Below are positions 6,812 to 14,978 of a stretch of DNA of 32,000 nucleotides, piece by piece. A model generated the notes under the pieces. That model was not told where the DNA came from and ran no database searches. It was given only the letters and a program-made list of their open reading frames with translations. Each line of letters starts with the position of its first letter. Position 1 is the stretch's first letter. The DNA is taken from NCBI GenBank assembly GCA_963675915.1, contig OY780959.1, positions 1,770,001 to 1,802,000 of the forward strand, read 5' to 3'. This DNA comes from Coprobacillaceae bacterium (GTDB taxonomy: Bacteria > Bacillota_I > Bacilli_A > Erysipelotrichales > Coprobacillaceae). Made by a program: the position numbers and the translations under genes.

Positions 6812-9179
6812 CAAGTTTGAAATCGCCATTGGTGATGAATTTGATATCCTGTTTTTCCAACATCAGCTGATATCCCGGTCTTGGCAGGTAAATATTCAAT
6901 GAATATTTCAGAACATCCTCGATAGTCTCGGCAAAAGTGATCTCGAGATCATCTCTGACTGAAGGGGGAATATCCTTGATATCATCCTGATTGTCAATTG
7001 GCAGCAATACTCGTTTGATTCCGCTGCGATGAGCTGCAATCACCTTTTCCTTGATTCCGCCAACCGGAAGAACTGCACCGCGCAGGGAGATTTCTCCGGT
7101 CATCGCCAGTTGCGAATCAACCGGAATTCCGGTTATCAGCGAGGCCATGGTAGTGAACATAGTCACCCCGGCACTTGGACCGTCTTTCTTGATTGCCCCT
7201 GAAGGAACGTGGATATGCAGATCAAACTCCTTGAGATTGATGGCTTTGGTATTGAACACCAGTCTTGAACGTACCAGTGAATAGGCAATTTTGGCAGATT
7301 CCTGCATCACATCACCGAGCTGACCGGTAAGATTCATCATTCCCGAACCTCTCATCAAAGCACCTTCAATGAAGAGGATGTCACCGCCGACAGCGGTCCA
7401 CGCCATTCCGGTGACAACCCCAGGCGGATTGATTTTACCGACACTATCATAGCGGTTAATCTTGTGGCCAAGAATATCCGGCAACATTTCCGCCGTGACT
7501 GCAATTGGCAATGGCTCCTCTTTGGTGATGATTTTGCCCGCAATTCCCCTGATGATTTTTTCAAGCTGTCTTTTGAGGTTACGCACCCCGGCTTCAACCG
7601 TGTAACTGTTGATAACTGTCTTGATTGTATCATCATCAAACTCGACCTGATCACTGCTCAAACCGTGATCGCCAAGAACTTCGCCCACGAGATGGCGTTT
7701 GGCAATCTCAAATTTTTCCTCACTAGTATATGATGATAATTCGATAATTTCCATCCGGTCCAGCAACGGTCCCGGAATCGTACTTAAATTATTGGCAGTC
7801 GCCACGAAGAAGACTTGCGAGAGATCATACTCGACTTCGAGATAATGATCCTGGAAAGTACTGTTTTGCTCCGGATCGAGCACTTCCAACATCGCGCTGG
7901 TCGGATCTCCATGAGCGCTTTGGGAGAGTTTGTCAATTTCATCAAGGATGAATACCGGATTGGTGGTATTCGCTTTTTTCATTCCGTTGATGATCTTTCC
8001 AGGCATCGATCCGATATAGGTACGGCGATGACCTCTGATTTCGGCTTCATCGGAAACTCCGCCCAAGGCCACTCGGACATATTCCCGGTCAAGCGCTTTG
8101 GCAATCGAACGACCGATTGATGTTTTCCCGGTTCCCGGCGGTCCCACCAACAGCAGGATCGAACCTTGTTTGTTTTGTTTCAGTTTCAATACGGTCAGAT
8201 GCTGGATGATCCGTTCTTTTACTTTTTCCAGACCATAGTGGTCTCCGTCAAGAATTTTTCGGGTATTCTCAATATCGATATCCTTGACTTCCGGATTGCC
8301 CCATGGCAGGTCCAGCAAGGTGTCAAGGTAAGTTTTAATGACATTGGCTTCAGCCGATTGCGGTCCTTGCCGTTGGAGTTTGCGATATTCCTTGAATGCC
8401 ACTTTCTTGATTTCATCAGGCATATGCGATTCTTCGATTTTGGCCTGATAATCTACTTCCTCGGTTTCCGGTTCATCTTCGCCCAATTCCTTTTTAATTG
8501 TTTCAAGTTGGCGTTTGAGCATCTGTTTGCGATACTGTTCATTGACGTCCTCATTGAATTTGGAAGTAAGTTCCAGCTGGAACTTGACATTCTCTTTATA
8601 TTCCAACAGGATGTCGATGAATCTCAGCGCCTGATAGCGTTTCGAACTGAGCTCCAGGAAAGCCTGTTTTTCGTCATAACTCAGACTCAGATACGGCATG
8701 GTCGCCAACATCACGTCGGTGATGTTATCGAGGCTGTTGAGATAATCGATAAAAGGTTTGGCTCCTTTGATTTCGCTCCCGACTTCACTGATAGTTTCTT
8801 TGATATATTTTTTGATTTGTTCATCATCATTGCGGTTAAGATCGTCTTTGTCCTCAAGCACCTGATAAGTTACTTCATTTTCACCGACAAAATCCAACAC
8901 TTCGACTTTAGCGAGTGCCTTGATATCATAATGATAACGGTTGTTTTCCAGTTTGCGGTTAGAAACTTTGACCAGCGTACCTACCCGATAGAAATCCTCA
9001 TTCGAGTGCTTTAAGCTCTTGTCGCGTTTGCTTTTTACTCCCAAAACCACAGCATTATAATTATTTTCTACCAACTTATTATAGAAAACATCATCATAAG
9101 CTTCACTGTAACTAATTTTGGTTCTTTCGTTCACCAACAATACTTTGTTGGGAATTACCAGTACTTGTAATGCTTCCAT
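6804..9179 (-). CDS. lon: ATP-dependent Lon protease (LonA)
   Basis: 791 aa with Walker A GPPGTGKTS, Walker B FILDEIDK and the protease active-site motif KDGPSAGV. It has the Lon N-terminal domain architecture. An AGGAGG RBS lies upstream of the ATG at 9179. Confidence 0.95.
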   Translation of the reverse strand: MEALQVLVIPNKVLLVNERTKISYSEAYDDVFYNKLVENNYNAVVLGVKSKRDKSLKHSNEDFYRVGTLVKVSNRKLENNRYHYDIKALAKVEVLDFVGENEVTYQVLEDKDDLNRNDDEQIKKYIKETISEVGSEIKGAKPFIDYLNSLDNITDVMLATMPYLSLSYDEKQAFLELSSKRYQALRFIDILLEYKENVKFQLELTSKFNEDVNEQYRKQMLKRQLETIKKELGEDEPETEEVDYQAKIEESHMPDEIKKVAFKEYRKLQRQGPQSAEANVIKTYLDTLLDLPWGNPEVKDIDIENTRKILDGDHYGLEKVKERIIQHLTVLKLKQNKQGSILLLVGPPGTGKTSIGRSIAKALDREYVRVALGGVSDEAEIRGHRRTYIGSMPGKIINGMKKANTTNPVFILDEIDKLSQSAHGDPTSAMLEVLDPEQNSTFQDHYLEVEYDLSQVFFVATANNLSTIPGPLLDRMEIIELSSYTSEEKFEIAKRHLVGEVLGDHGLSSDQVEFDDDTIKTVINSYTVEAGVRNLKRQLEKIIRGIAGKIITKEEPLPIAVTAEMLPDILGHKINRYDSVGKINPPGVVTGMAWTAVGGDILFIEGALMRGSGMMNLTGQLGDVMQESAKIAYSLVRSRLVFNTKAINLKEFDLHIHVPSGAIKKDGPSAGVTMFTTMASLITGIPVDSQLAMTGEISLRGAVLPVGGIKEKVIAAHRSGIKRVLLPIDNQDDIKDIPPSVRDDLEITFAETIEDVLKYSLNIYLPRPGYQLMLEKQDIKFITNGDFKLEE

Positions 9180-9198
9180 AAATTGTTCCTCCTATTGG

Positions 9199-9221
9199 TT
9201 AGTTTTGTTTTACCTAACTAA
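9199..9221 (-). promoter_or_regulatory. Operator-like motif upstream of lon (copy 1 of a shared motif)
   Basis: The plus strand reads TTAGTT-N7-ACCTAACTAA. It lies between a candidate -10 (9225-9230) and the lon RBS. The same motif architecture recurs at 9672-9694. Confidence 0.35.
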
Positions 9222-9224
9222 AAT

Positions 9225-9253
9225 ATCATAAATGAATATCAAATCTTGTTCAA
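9225..9253 (-). promoter_or_regulatory. Candidate lon promoter (inside the 3' end of the MarR gene)
   Basis: On the minus strand there is TTGAAC (9253-9248), a 17-nt spacer and TATGAT (9230-9225). Confidence 0.35.
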
Positions 9254-9652
9254 TATTCTGATCAAGGTTTCGATATCTTCATCTTCAAGTCTTTCCATCA
9301 TCACATCAATCAGACTATCCATTTTTATCTGTTCGAGGTTGGCGATAATTTTCCCCTTCTCGGTCAGATGAATATAACTGATTCGTTTATCCTGGGAACA
9401 TTTGACTTTGTAGACACAGTCCAGTTTGATGAACTTTTTCATCATTTCAGTGACAGTCGGTTTTGAAAGGTTCAATTCCCGGGCAATCACCGAAGTGGTG
9501 AGAACATCGATTTGATCCAAGATAGTGATATATTCGATTTGTTTGATGGTCAGATCAGAAATATTAAGGTGATCCATAGTATCTAGACAACAACTACCTT
9601 TGATTTTCATCAGATGATAGTAGGCATTTTTTAAATTTTCACGATTGTCCAT
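9239..9652 (-). CDS. MarR-family winged-helix transcriptional regulator
   Basis: 137 aa. The segment LTTSVIARELNLSKPTVTEMMKKFIKLDCVYK...DKRISYIHLTEKG matches the MarR wHTH pattern. A GGAGGT RBS is present. It lies directly upstream of lon, on the same strand. Confidence 0.8.
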   Translation of the reverse strand: MDNRENLKNAYYHLMKIKGSCCLDTMDHLNISDLTIKQIEYITILDQIDVLTTSVIARELNLSKPTVTEMMKKFIKLDCVYKVKCSQDKRISYIHLTEKGKIIANLEQIKMDSLIDVMMERLEDEDIETLIRILNKI

Positions 9653-9671
9653 AAGCTACCTCCGATAATTG

Positions 9672-9694
9672 TTAGTTAGACTCTACCTAATTAA
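9672..9694 (-). promoter_or_regulatory. Operator-like motif upstream of the MarR gene (copy 2)
   Basis: The plus strand reads TTAGTT-N7-ACCTAATTAA. It overlaps or abuts a candidate promoter: minus-strand TTGCAA (9720-9715), a 16-nt spacer and TATATT (9698-9693). Confidence 0.35.
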
Positions 9695-9779
9695 TATACC
9701 ATATTTAAATCCATTTGCAACAAATATGATTGAAAAAGAAGAATTCCCCAAAAATAAATTTTTCCGGGGAATATGATAA

Positions 9780-11579
9780 TCAGATTAAATTATAGTTTTC
9801 AAGCAACAGGTTGAGATCGGCAATCTTGTCAAGAATCGCCAGTCCGTCATCGCTTTCGCGAATGAAGATCCGCTGGTTTCTCGCCAAGGTGAAATCGGTC
9901 TGGGAATCGATATCTCCATTGTTGTCAAGGACATCATCAATCCCCTTGAATGGCGAATGGGATTTTATTTTCATCATATGCGATGTATAAATCAAGGTAT
10001 ATCCGGCAATTCCGGTTGTCTTTTGGTAAGCCTCGGACAAACCTCCATCAATAATGATGACCTTGCCGTTAGCTCTGATCGGTTTTTCGCCCTTTTTAAC
10101 CAGAACCGGGGTATGACCATTGATGATATGGGGGTACTCAGGGCCCAGCTGGAATTCCCTGAAGATTCGGGCCAAATATTTTTCGTCTTCAAAATAGCTG
10201 TAGTAGTGATTGCGCCTTTCTTCATGACAGCTCTCGTCAGTGACACAGATCCGTTCAAACATCTTGTTATGACGGCCATACAGCGGTGAGTAATAACCGC
10301 ACCAAAGATACCACATGATGTCGATACCATCACTATCCTGGCGGTAGTACCCTTTCCGGGCCATTTTTTCAAAATAATCCAACAGGGCCTTGCCGCTATA
10401 AGTGGTGCCTTTGATTGTAAATGAGGCGAAACTGCCATCTTCATTGGTCGGAATGCAGCCGTGAAGCAGGAGATTGTTATTGGAAATCTTGTACATCGCT
10501 CCCACCTTGAACAGGTAATCAATATGAACCCTTAGTTCCTTGGAATCCATAAACGCCTCTTTGAGTCGTTTGATGATCAACTGTTCCTTCTCATTGTAGA
10601 ACACCACCAGATCCTGATACTCTTCTTTGATCTTTCCTTGGTAGTATTTGAATTTATAGGCCAGGTGTCGTTGTTCATTGGAATATTCAGGATGCTTCAA
10701 GATCAACTGGGCCTCAGCTTTGATAACCATCTTGTTGATTACCACATTCATCCCTTCGAGCGAGTCTTCATAACCAAGGGAGATGGCATAATTTTCAATA
10801 TCCCGGACCGGAATCCCATAAACCCGTTCAAGAATATCAATATTGTCATAACGGATGCAATTACGAACGGCATTCAAAATACAGGCTTCATTTCCCATTT
10901 GGGCTCCCATCCATAAAACATCATGGTTACCCCACTGGATGTCGACTTTATGGTAGTCAATCAGGGCATCAATAATTTTGTGCGGCTCGCTCCCCCGGTC
11001 GAATATATCGCCGATAATATGAAGTCGATCAACTGCCAAAACCTTGATCAGTCCACAAAGTGCCACAATGAATTCATCGCCGTTTCGATATTTGATGATG
11101 GTATTGATGATTTCAATGTGATACTGTTTTTGATTGTTGTCCTCGTCTTCGACCATGTGCAGCAATTCGTCAATAATATAAGAATACTCTTTGGGCAGAG
11201 CCTTCTTGACTTTGGAGCGCGTGTATTTTGATGAAATGCTTTTGACAAAGACAATCAGATTGGTAAGCATCTCAAAATACCACTCGTCATCCTTTTCAAG
11301 CAACTCCAACTTTTCGCGGGGATAATAGATCAAAGTTGCCATTTCCTGGATCTTCTCGGTGGAAAGTCCCGGAAAATAGAGATTCAACTTATCCTTGATG
11401 ACCCCGGAGCAGTTATTGAGGATATGGTTGAAAGCAGCAAACTCACCATGGAGATCCGACAGAAAGTGTTCGGTCCCTTTTGGCAGATTCAATATCGCTT
11501 CCAGGTTGATCAATTCTGTGTAGATCGCCTGTTTGTTTTCAAATTGTTTCGCCAGCAGTTTCAGGTATTTATCTTTCAT
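9780..11579 (-). CDS. fbp: Fructose-1,6-bisphosphatase, class 3
   Basis: 599 aa. The N-terminus KYLKLLAKQF...LNLPKGTEHFLSDLHGEF and the metallophosphoesterase motifs (GDIFDRG, GNHD) are characteristic of Firmicute class III FBPase. An AAGGAG RBS is present. Confidence 0.92.
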   Translation of the reverse strand: MKDKYLKLLAKQFENKQAIYTELINLEAILNLPKGTEHFLSDLHGEFAAFNHILNNCSGVIKDKLNLYFPGLSTEKIQEMATLIYYPREKLELLEKDDEWYFEMLTNLIVFVKSISSKYTRSKVKKALPKEYSYIIDELLHMVEDEDNNQKQYHIEIINTIIKYRNGDEFIVALCGLIKVLAVDRLHIIGDIFDRGSEPHKIIDALIDYHKVDIQWGNHDVLWMGAQMGNEACILNAVRNCIRYDNIDILERVYGIPVRDIENYAISLGYEDSLEGMNVVINKMVIKAEAQLILKHPEYSNEQRHLAYKFKYYQGKIKEEYQDLVVFYNEKEQLIIKRLKEAFMDSKELRVHIDYLFKVGAMYKISNNNLLLHGCIPTNEDGSFASFTIKGTTYSGKALLDYFEKMARKGYYRQDSDGIDIMWYLWCGYYSPLYGRHNKMFERICVTDESCHEERRNHYYSYFEDEKYLARIFREFQLGPEYPHIINGHTPVLVKKGEKPIRANGKVIIIDGGLSEAYQKTTGIAGYTLIYTSHMMKIKSHSPFKGIDDVLDNNGDIDSQTDFTLARNQRIFIRESDDGLAILDKIADLNLLLENYNLI

Positions 11580-11625
11580 GGTATCAGCTCCTTTTTTTCA
11601 ATCATATCATGAACCGGAACTATTA

Positions 11626-11655
11626 AAAACAAAAAAATCCGGATTGCTCCGGATT
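11626..11655 (-). terminator. Intrinsic terminator after lrgB
   Basis: An 8-bp perfect stem AATCCGGA/TCCGGATT (11636-11655) has a 4-nt loop and is followed on the minus strand by a U-run (A-run at 11631-11637). It overlaps the stop codon at 11654-11656. Confidence 0.65.
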
Positions 11656-12340
11656 AGATAAACATTGCGAACACGACAGTCATCAAACCGCATACTCCGA
11701 TGGCCACACCACTCATGGCCCCCTCAAGTTCACCGATTTGGATTGCTTTTGAGGTTCCCACCGCATGGGAACAAGCTCCGATTCCAAGCCCGATTGCAAC
11801 CGGATTTTTAACTCGGAAAATCTTGATCATCAACGGTGCGAAGACTGAACCCATTATTCCTGTCAGTACCACGGCCGCCACGGTAACCGGAACAACTCCT
11901 CCAAGCGAAGTCGATACCCCCATCGCAATCGGTGTAGTAACCGATTTTGGCAGCAAGGATGCTGTCAGGGTATTGTCAAGTCCAAACAACTGGCACAGCA
12001 AGTAGATGCAAGCCATTGAAGCAAGAGAACCCATGGCACTTCCGACAATTACCGGAATAATGTTTTTCTTTAAAATCTCGATTTGAGAATAGATTGTCAC
12101 AGCCAACGCCGTTGTTGCCGGCGCTAGAAACAGTGAAATGAAGCTTCCGCCTTCGCTGTATACCTCATAAGGAATATCCAAAACTTGTAAAGTAGCGACG
12201 ACTAGCACGATTGCAATCAATAAAGGATTGGCAATTGGCGTTTTTAATTTATTGTAAATAATGTGCCCGATGACATAGGCAACAATGCTTAATGTGATTG
12301 AAAAAAATGGTGAAGCATACACCTGAGCTAAACTGATCAT
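11654..12340 (-). CDS. lrgB: LrgB-like membrane protein (antiholin-like / CidB family)
   Basis: Polytopic hydrophobic protein of the LrgB family. I place the start at MISLAQVYASPFF (ATG 12340), which overlaps the lrgA stop in an ATGA arrangement. The longer ORF-track start at 12421 would overlap lrgA by 85 nt. Confidence 0.85.
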   Translation of the reverse strand: MISLAQVYASPFFSITLSIVAYVIGHIIYNKLKTPIANPLLIAIVLVVATLQVLDIPYEVYSEGGSFISLFLAPATTALAVTIYSQIEILKKNIIPVIVGSAMGSLASMACIYLLCQLFGLDNTLTASLLPKSVTTPIAMGVSTSLGGVVPVTVAAVVLTGIMGSVFAPLMIKIFRVKNPVAIGLGIGACSHAVGTSKAIQIGELEGAMSGVAIGVCGLMTVVFAMFI

Positions 12341-12693
12341 TTTCCCCCTCCTAAAATCTTCATGACGAATGTAACCGAATAGGCGGTAACCACAAAAGTC
12401 ACAATCATCGAGATAAAACAAACCAGGATGAAAGGGATAATGGAATCCGCCAGGTATTGATAATTATCCATAATGCTCACTCCGGCGGGAATGAAGAAAA
12501 ATGCCATGTTTCCCAAAAGGAAATCCGCTTTTTCCTGGATGTGATCTACCTTGACAATTTTGAATAAAAACAATATCAACAACAATACCATTGACAGCAC
12601 ACTGGCTGGGAAATCAACTGGTATCATCTGCGCAATAATTTCTCCCGCAAGACAAATTGCGAATACAACAGCTATCTGCTTTAATATTTTCAT
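12337..12693 (-). CDS. lrgA: LrgA/CidA-like holin-like membrane protein
   Basis: 118 aa with four predicted TM segments, in the canonical position upstream of lrgB. A GAGGTGAG RBS is present. Confidence 0.8.
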   Translation of the reverse strand: MKILKQIAVVFAICLAGEIIAQMIPVDFPASVLSMVLLLILFLFKIVKVDHIQEKADFLLGNMAFFFIPAGVSIMDNYQYLADSIIPFILVCFISMIVTFVVTAYSVTFVMKILGGGK

Positions 12694-12870
12694 TATCTCT
12701 CACCTCTAATTTTATGAAATTATACTATAAAAAGCCAGGCATTGCACGATTTTTTTTGATGTAAGGGAATTCATTTTTATCGATTCTATCCGCCAAAAAT
12801 ATCTATTGCTCACTTCTTCACGACTGCAAATCAAGAGTATATTTATACACACAACACTCCAATAAAATAG

Positions 12871-12910
12871 TTGACAGGTCAATTATTCAATGATAAACTT
12901 GACCTGTCAA
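12871..12910 (+). promoter_or_regulatory. Promoter/operator: perfect 12-bp inverted repeat upstream of the MarR-MATE genes
   Basis: TTGACAGGTCAA (12871-12882) and its exact reverse complement TTGACCTGTCAA (12899-12910) are separated by 16 nt. The left arm supplies a TTGACA -35 hexamer. The right arm sits just upstream of the AAGGAG RBS. Confidence 0.5.
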
Positions 12911-12925
12911 CTAAAGGAGATAATA

Positions 12926-13366
12926 ATGAATAATCAAACATCAATCATAAAATGTATAAATGTCTCGTCGCGGCAATTCAAAATCTGGATGGCCAACGAG
13001 CTCAAGGATCTTCACATTGGAATTTCCGAATATTTCTTTTTAACCAACATGCCCAAGCAAGGTTCGATAACAACCAAGAAGCTATGCTGCATCATCCACT
13101 ATGATCAGGCCCTGGGGACCAGAACCATCAACAACCTTGTCAAAAAAGGCTTTATGACCAAGACTCCCAACGAAAAAGATAAAAGAGAGATTTTGATTTC
13201 TCTGACACCTGAGGGAGCGGAACTTAGCATTAAAATCAAGAAAATAATCATGGGTTATATCGATACGCTCAAAGCGGAATTTACCGACGAGGAATTCGAA
13301 CTTCTTGAAAGACTGCTTTTCAAAGTCTACACCAAGGCCCTCGATTTAAATAAGGAGGTAGATTGA
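12926..13366 (+). CDS. MarR-family transcriptional regulator
   Basis: 146 aa from ATG 12926, with an AAGGAG RBS at 12914-12919. The wHTH pattern is ...GFMTKTPNEKDKREILISLTPEG.... It is directly coupled to the downstream MATE gene, with the stop at 13364-13366 and the next start at 13368. Confidence 0.8.
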   Translation: MNNQTSIIKCINVSSRQFKIWMANELKDLHIGISEYFFLTNMPKQGSITTKKLCCIIHYDQALGTRTINNLVKKGFMTKTPNEKDKREILISLTPEGAELSIKIKKIIMGYIDTLKAEFTDEEFELLERLLFKVYTKALDLNKEVD

Positions 13367-13367
13367 T

Positions 13368-14714
13368 TTGAATAACGAACGAATCAAGATTCTTGCCACC
13401 ATGCCTATCGCCAAAGCACTGTACAAACTGTCTGCTCCGGCGACAATCGCGATGATGGTAAACTCGCTCTACAATATCATTGATACTATTTTTATCGGTC
13501 AATACGTCGGTAAACTGGGAATTGCCGGTTTGTCAATCGCTTTCCCACTTCAAATTGTCGCCTTGGGAATCGGGGGAATGTTCGGAATGGGGGGCGCTTC
13601 GATTATTTCCCGGCAACTCGGAAAAAATCAGCATGAGGAAGCCAATACCACTTTGGTATCCACTTTCGCCTTCAGTCTGGTCTTGTCGTTAATCTACGCC
13701 GGGCTTGGCACTATCTTCATCGGTCCGATTTTAAAGGCCTTTGGTGCAACTGATACCATTTATCCTTATGCCTTGGCTTACATGCAGGTTATTTTCCCGG
13801 CTTTTGTCTTCTTCATGAACGGAATTTGTCTCAACAACATCATCCGTGCTGAAGGGGCGGCCAAAGTGTCCATGAACGGAATCCTGATTGGGGCCATCGG
13901 CAATATCATTCTGGATTATGTCTTTATCGCAATTTTCGACATGGGAATCTTCGGTGGGGCAATCGCTACTGCAATTTCACAGTTTGTCTCAGTTGCCTAT
14001 TTGATTTCCCATTATCTCAAAGCGAATTCGATTTTCAAAATTGAGCTCAAATATCTTCACCTCCGATTTTCCCTGTTCAAGGATGTAGTCACAATCGGCT
14101 CTTCAGCTTTTATTGTCCAAGCCGGTAACAGCATTCTTGCGTTGGTACTCAACAACAGTCTTGGTCATTACGGTGGTGATATCATGATTTCGGTCTACGG
14201 AGTTATCAACAAGGTAAGCAGCTTCCTTATTTTGCCGATGATTGGGATTCGTCAGGGCGCCCAGCCGATTATCGGATACGCTTATGGAGCCAAGAACCTT
14301 GAAAGGCTCAAAAGCGCTTTGAAATTTGCCATGAAAATAATGATCGGCTATGGGGTAATCTCATTTGCGATTATGCAATTATTTGCATCCCAGGCTTTCT
14401 ATCTGTTTGCCTCGGACCCTGAACTTGTGACCAGTGGTACAATCCCGCTGCGGATTGTGATTGCTCTGGTTCCGCTTTTCCCGATTGCTATCATGACCTC
14501 ATCACTGTTTCAGTCAATCGGTTTTGCCAAAGAGGCCCTGATCACCAGTCTGGTCAAGATAATCGTCGTGATCCCATTGGTATTCATTATGTCGAATTTG
14601 TTTTCCACAATAGGTATTTTCATCTCATTGCCAATGGCTGACTTCATGACTTTGCTTTTCTGTCTGATCCTACTAAGAAGAATCCTGAAGCAGTTCAATC
14701 TCCAGGAAAGCTAG
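13368..14714 (+). CDS. MATE-family multidrug/toxic-compound efflux transporter (paralog 1)
   Basis: 448 aa, polytopic (about 12 TM). The N-terminus PIAKALYKLSAPATIAMMVNSLYNIIDTIFIG is typical of MATE (NorM/DinF-like) proteins. It has a TTG start with an AAGGAGG RBS. Confidence 0.9.
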   Translation: MNNERIKILATMPIAKALYKLSAPATIAMMVNSLYNIIDTIFIGQYVGKLGIAGLSIAFPLQIVALGIGGMFGMGGASIISRQLGKNQHEEANTTLVSTFAFSLVLSLIYAGLGTIFIGPILKAFGATDTIYPYALAYMQVIFPAFVFFMNGICLNNIIRAEGAAKVSMNGILIGAIGNIILDYVFIAIFDMGIFGGAIATAISQFVSVAYLISHYLKANSIFKIELKYLHLRFSLFKDVVTIGSSAFIVQAGNSILALVLNNSLGHYGGDIMISVYGVINKVSSFLILPMIGIRQGAQPIIGYAYGAKNLERLKSALKFAMKIMIGYGVISFAIMQLFASQAFYLFASDPELVTSGTIPLRIVIALVPLFPIAIMTSSLFQSIGFAKEALITSLVKIIVVIPLVFIMSNLFSTIGIFISLPMADFMTLLFCLILLRRILKQFNLQES

Positions 14715-14978
14715 TGCAGTTATGGTCCATCTATAATTAGGATTAATCGGTGTTATAAAAAGTATTTAATGATATCAAAGAAGTTATCCTGGATGTGTCT
14801 TGTATTTACTTGACACCTCAACCATCTTCGTGCTATGCTTTTCAACAAGTTAAAACAAGGAGGATGTTATTAACATTTGACTACTATAAATTTCACATTA
14901 TCGTGAGCCTGTTTTTTTGACAAATTCAGTGCCATTTGATGTGATCTCAAGGGAAATAAAAGCAAGGGGGCTAAAAAA

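Noticed and set aside
8166-9014. A 282-aa plus-strand ORF antisense to lon.
   Set aside because: It is a low-complexity Phe/Ile/Asp-rich translation on the strand opposite a full-length Lon with all catalytic motifs. It has no RBS. It is a typical antisense shadow ORF in AT-rich coding DNA.
9957-10522. ORFs of 110 aa (plus strand) and 176 aa (minus strand, alternative frame) inside the class 3 FBPase gene, and similar internal ORFs inside speE, the decarboxylase, CANSDH, feoB and the MATE genes.
   Set aside because: All of them overlap much longer ORFs with clear family signatures. They lack start contexts and have biased composition. I treat them as frame-shadow ORFs.
14864-14920. An 18-codon ORF (MLLTFDYYKFHIIVSLFF) between the two MATE genes, next to an AAGGAGG sequence. 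It might have been a leader peptide for translation-attenuation control of the second pump.
   Set aside because: The AAGGAGG abuts the ATG with zero spacing, which is incompatible with normal SD-start geometry. I also found no convincing alternative hairpins linking it to the downstream RBS. It could be revisited with ribosome profiling or conservation data.
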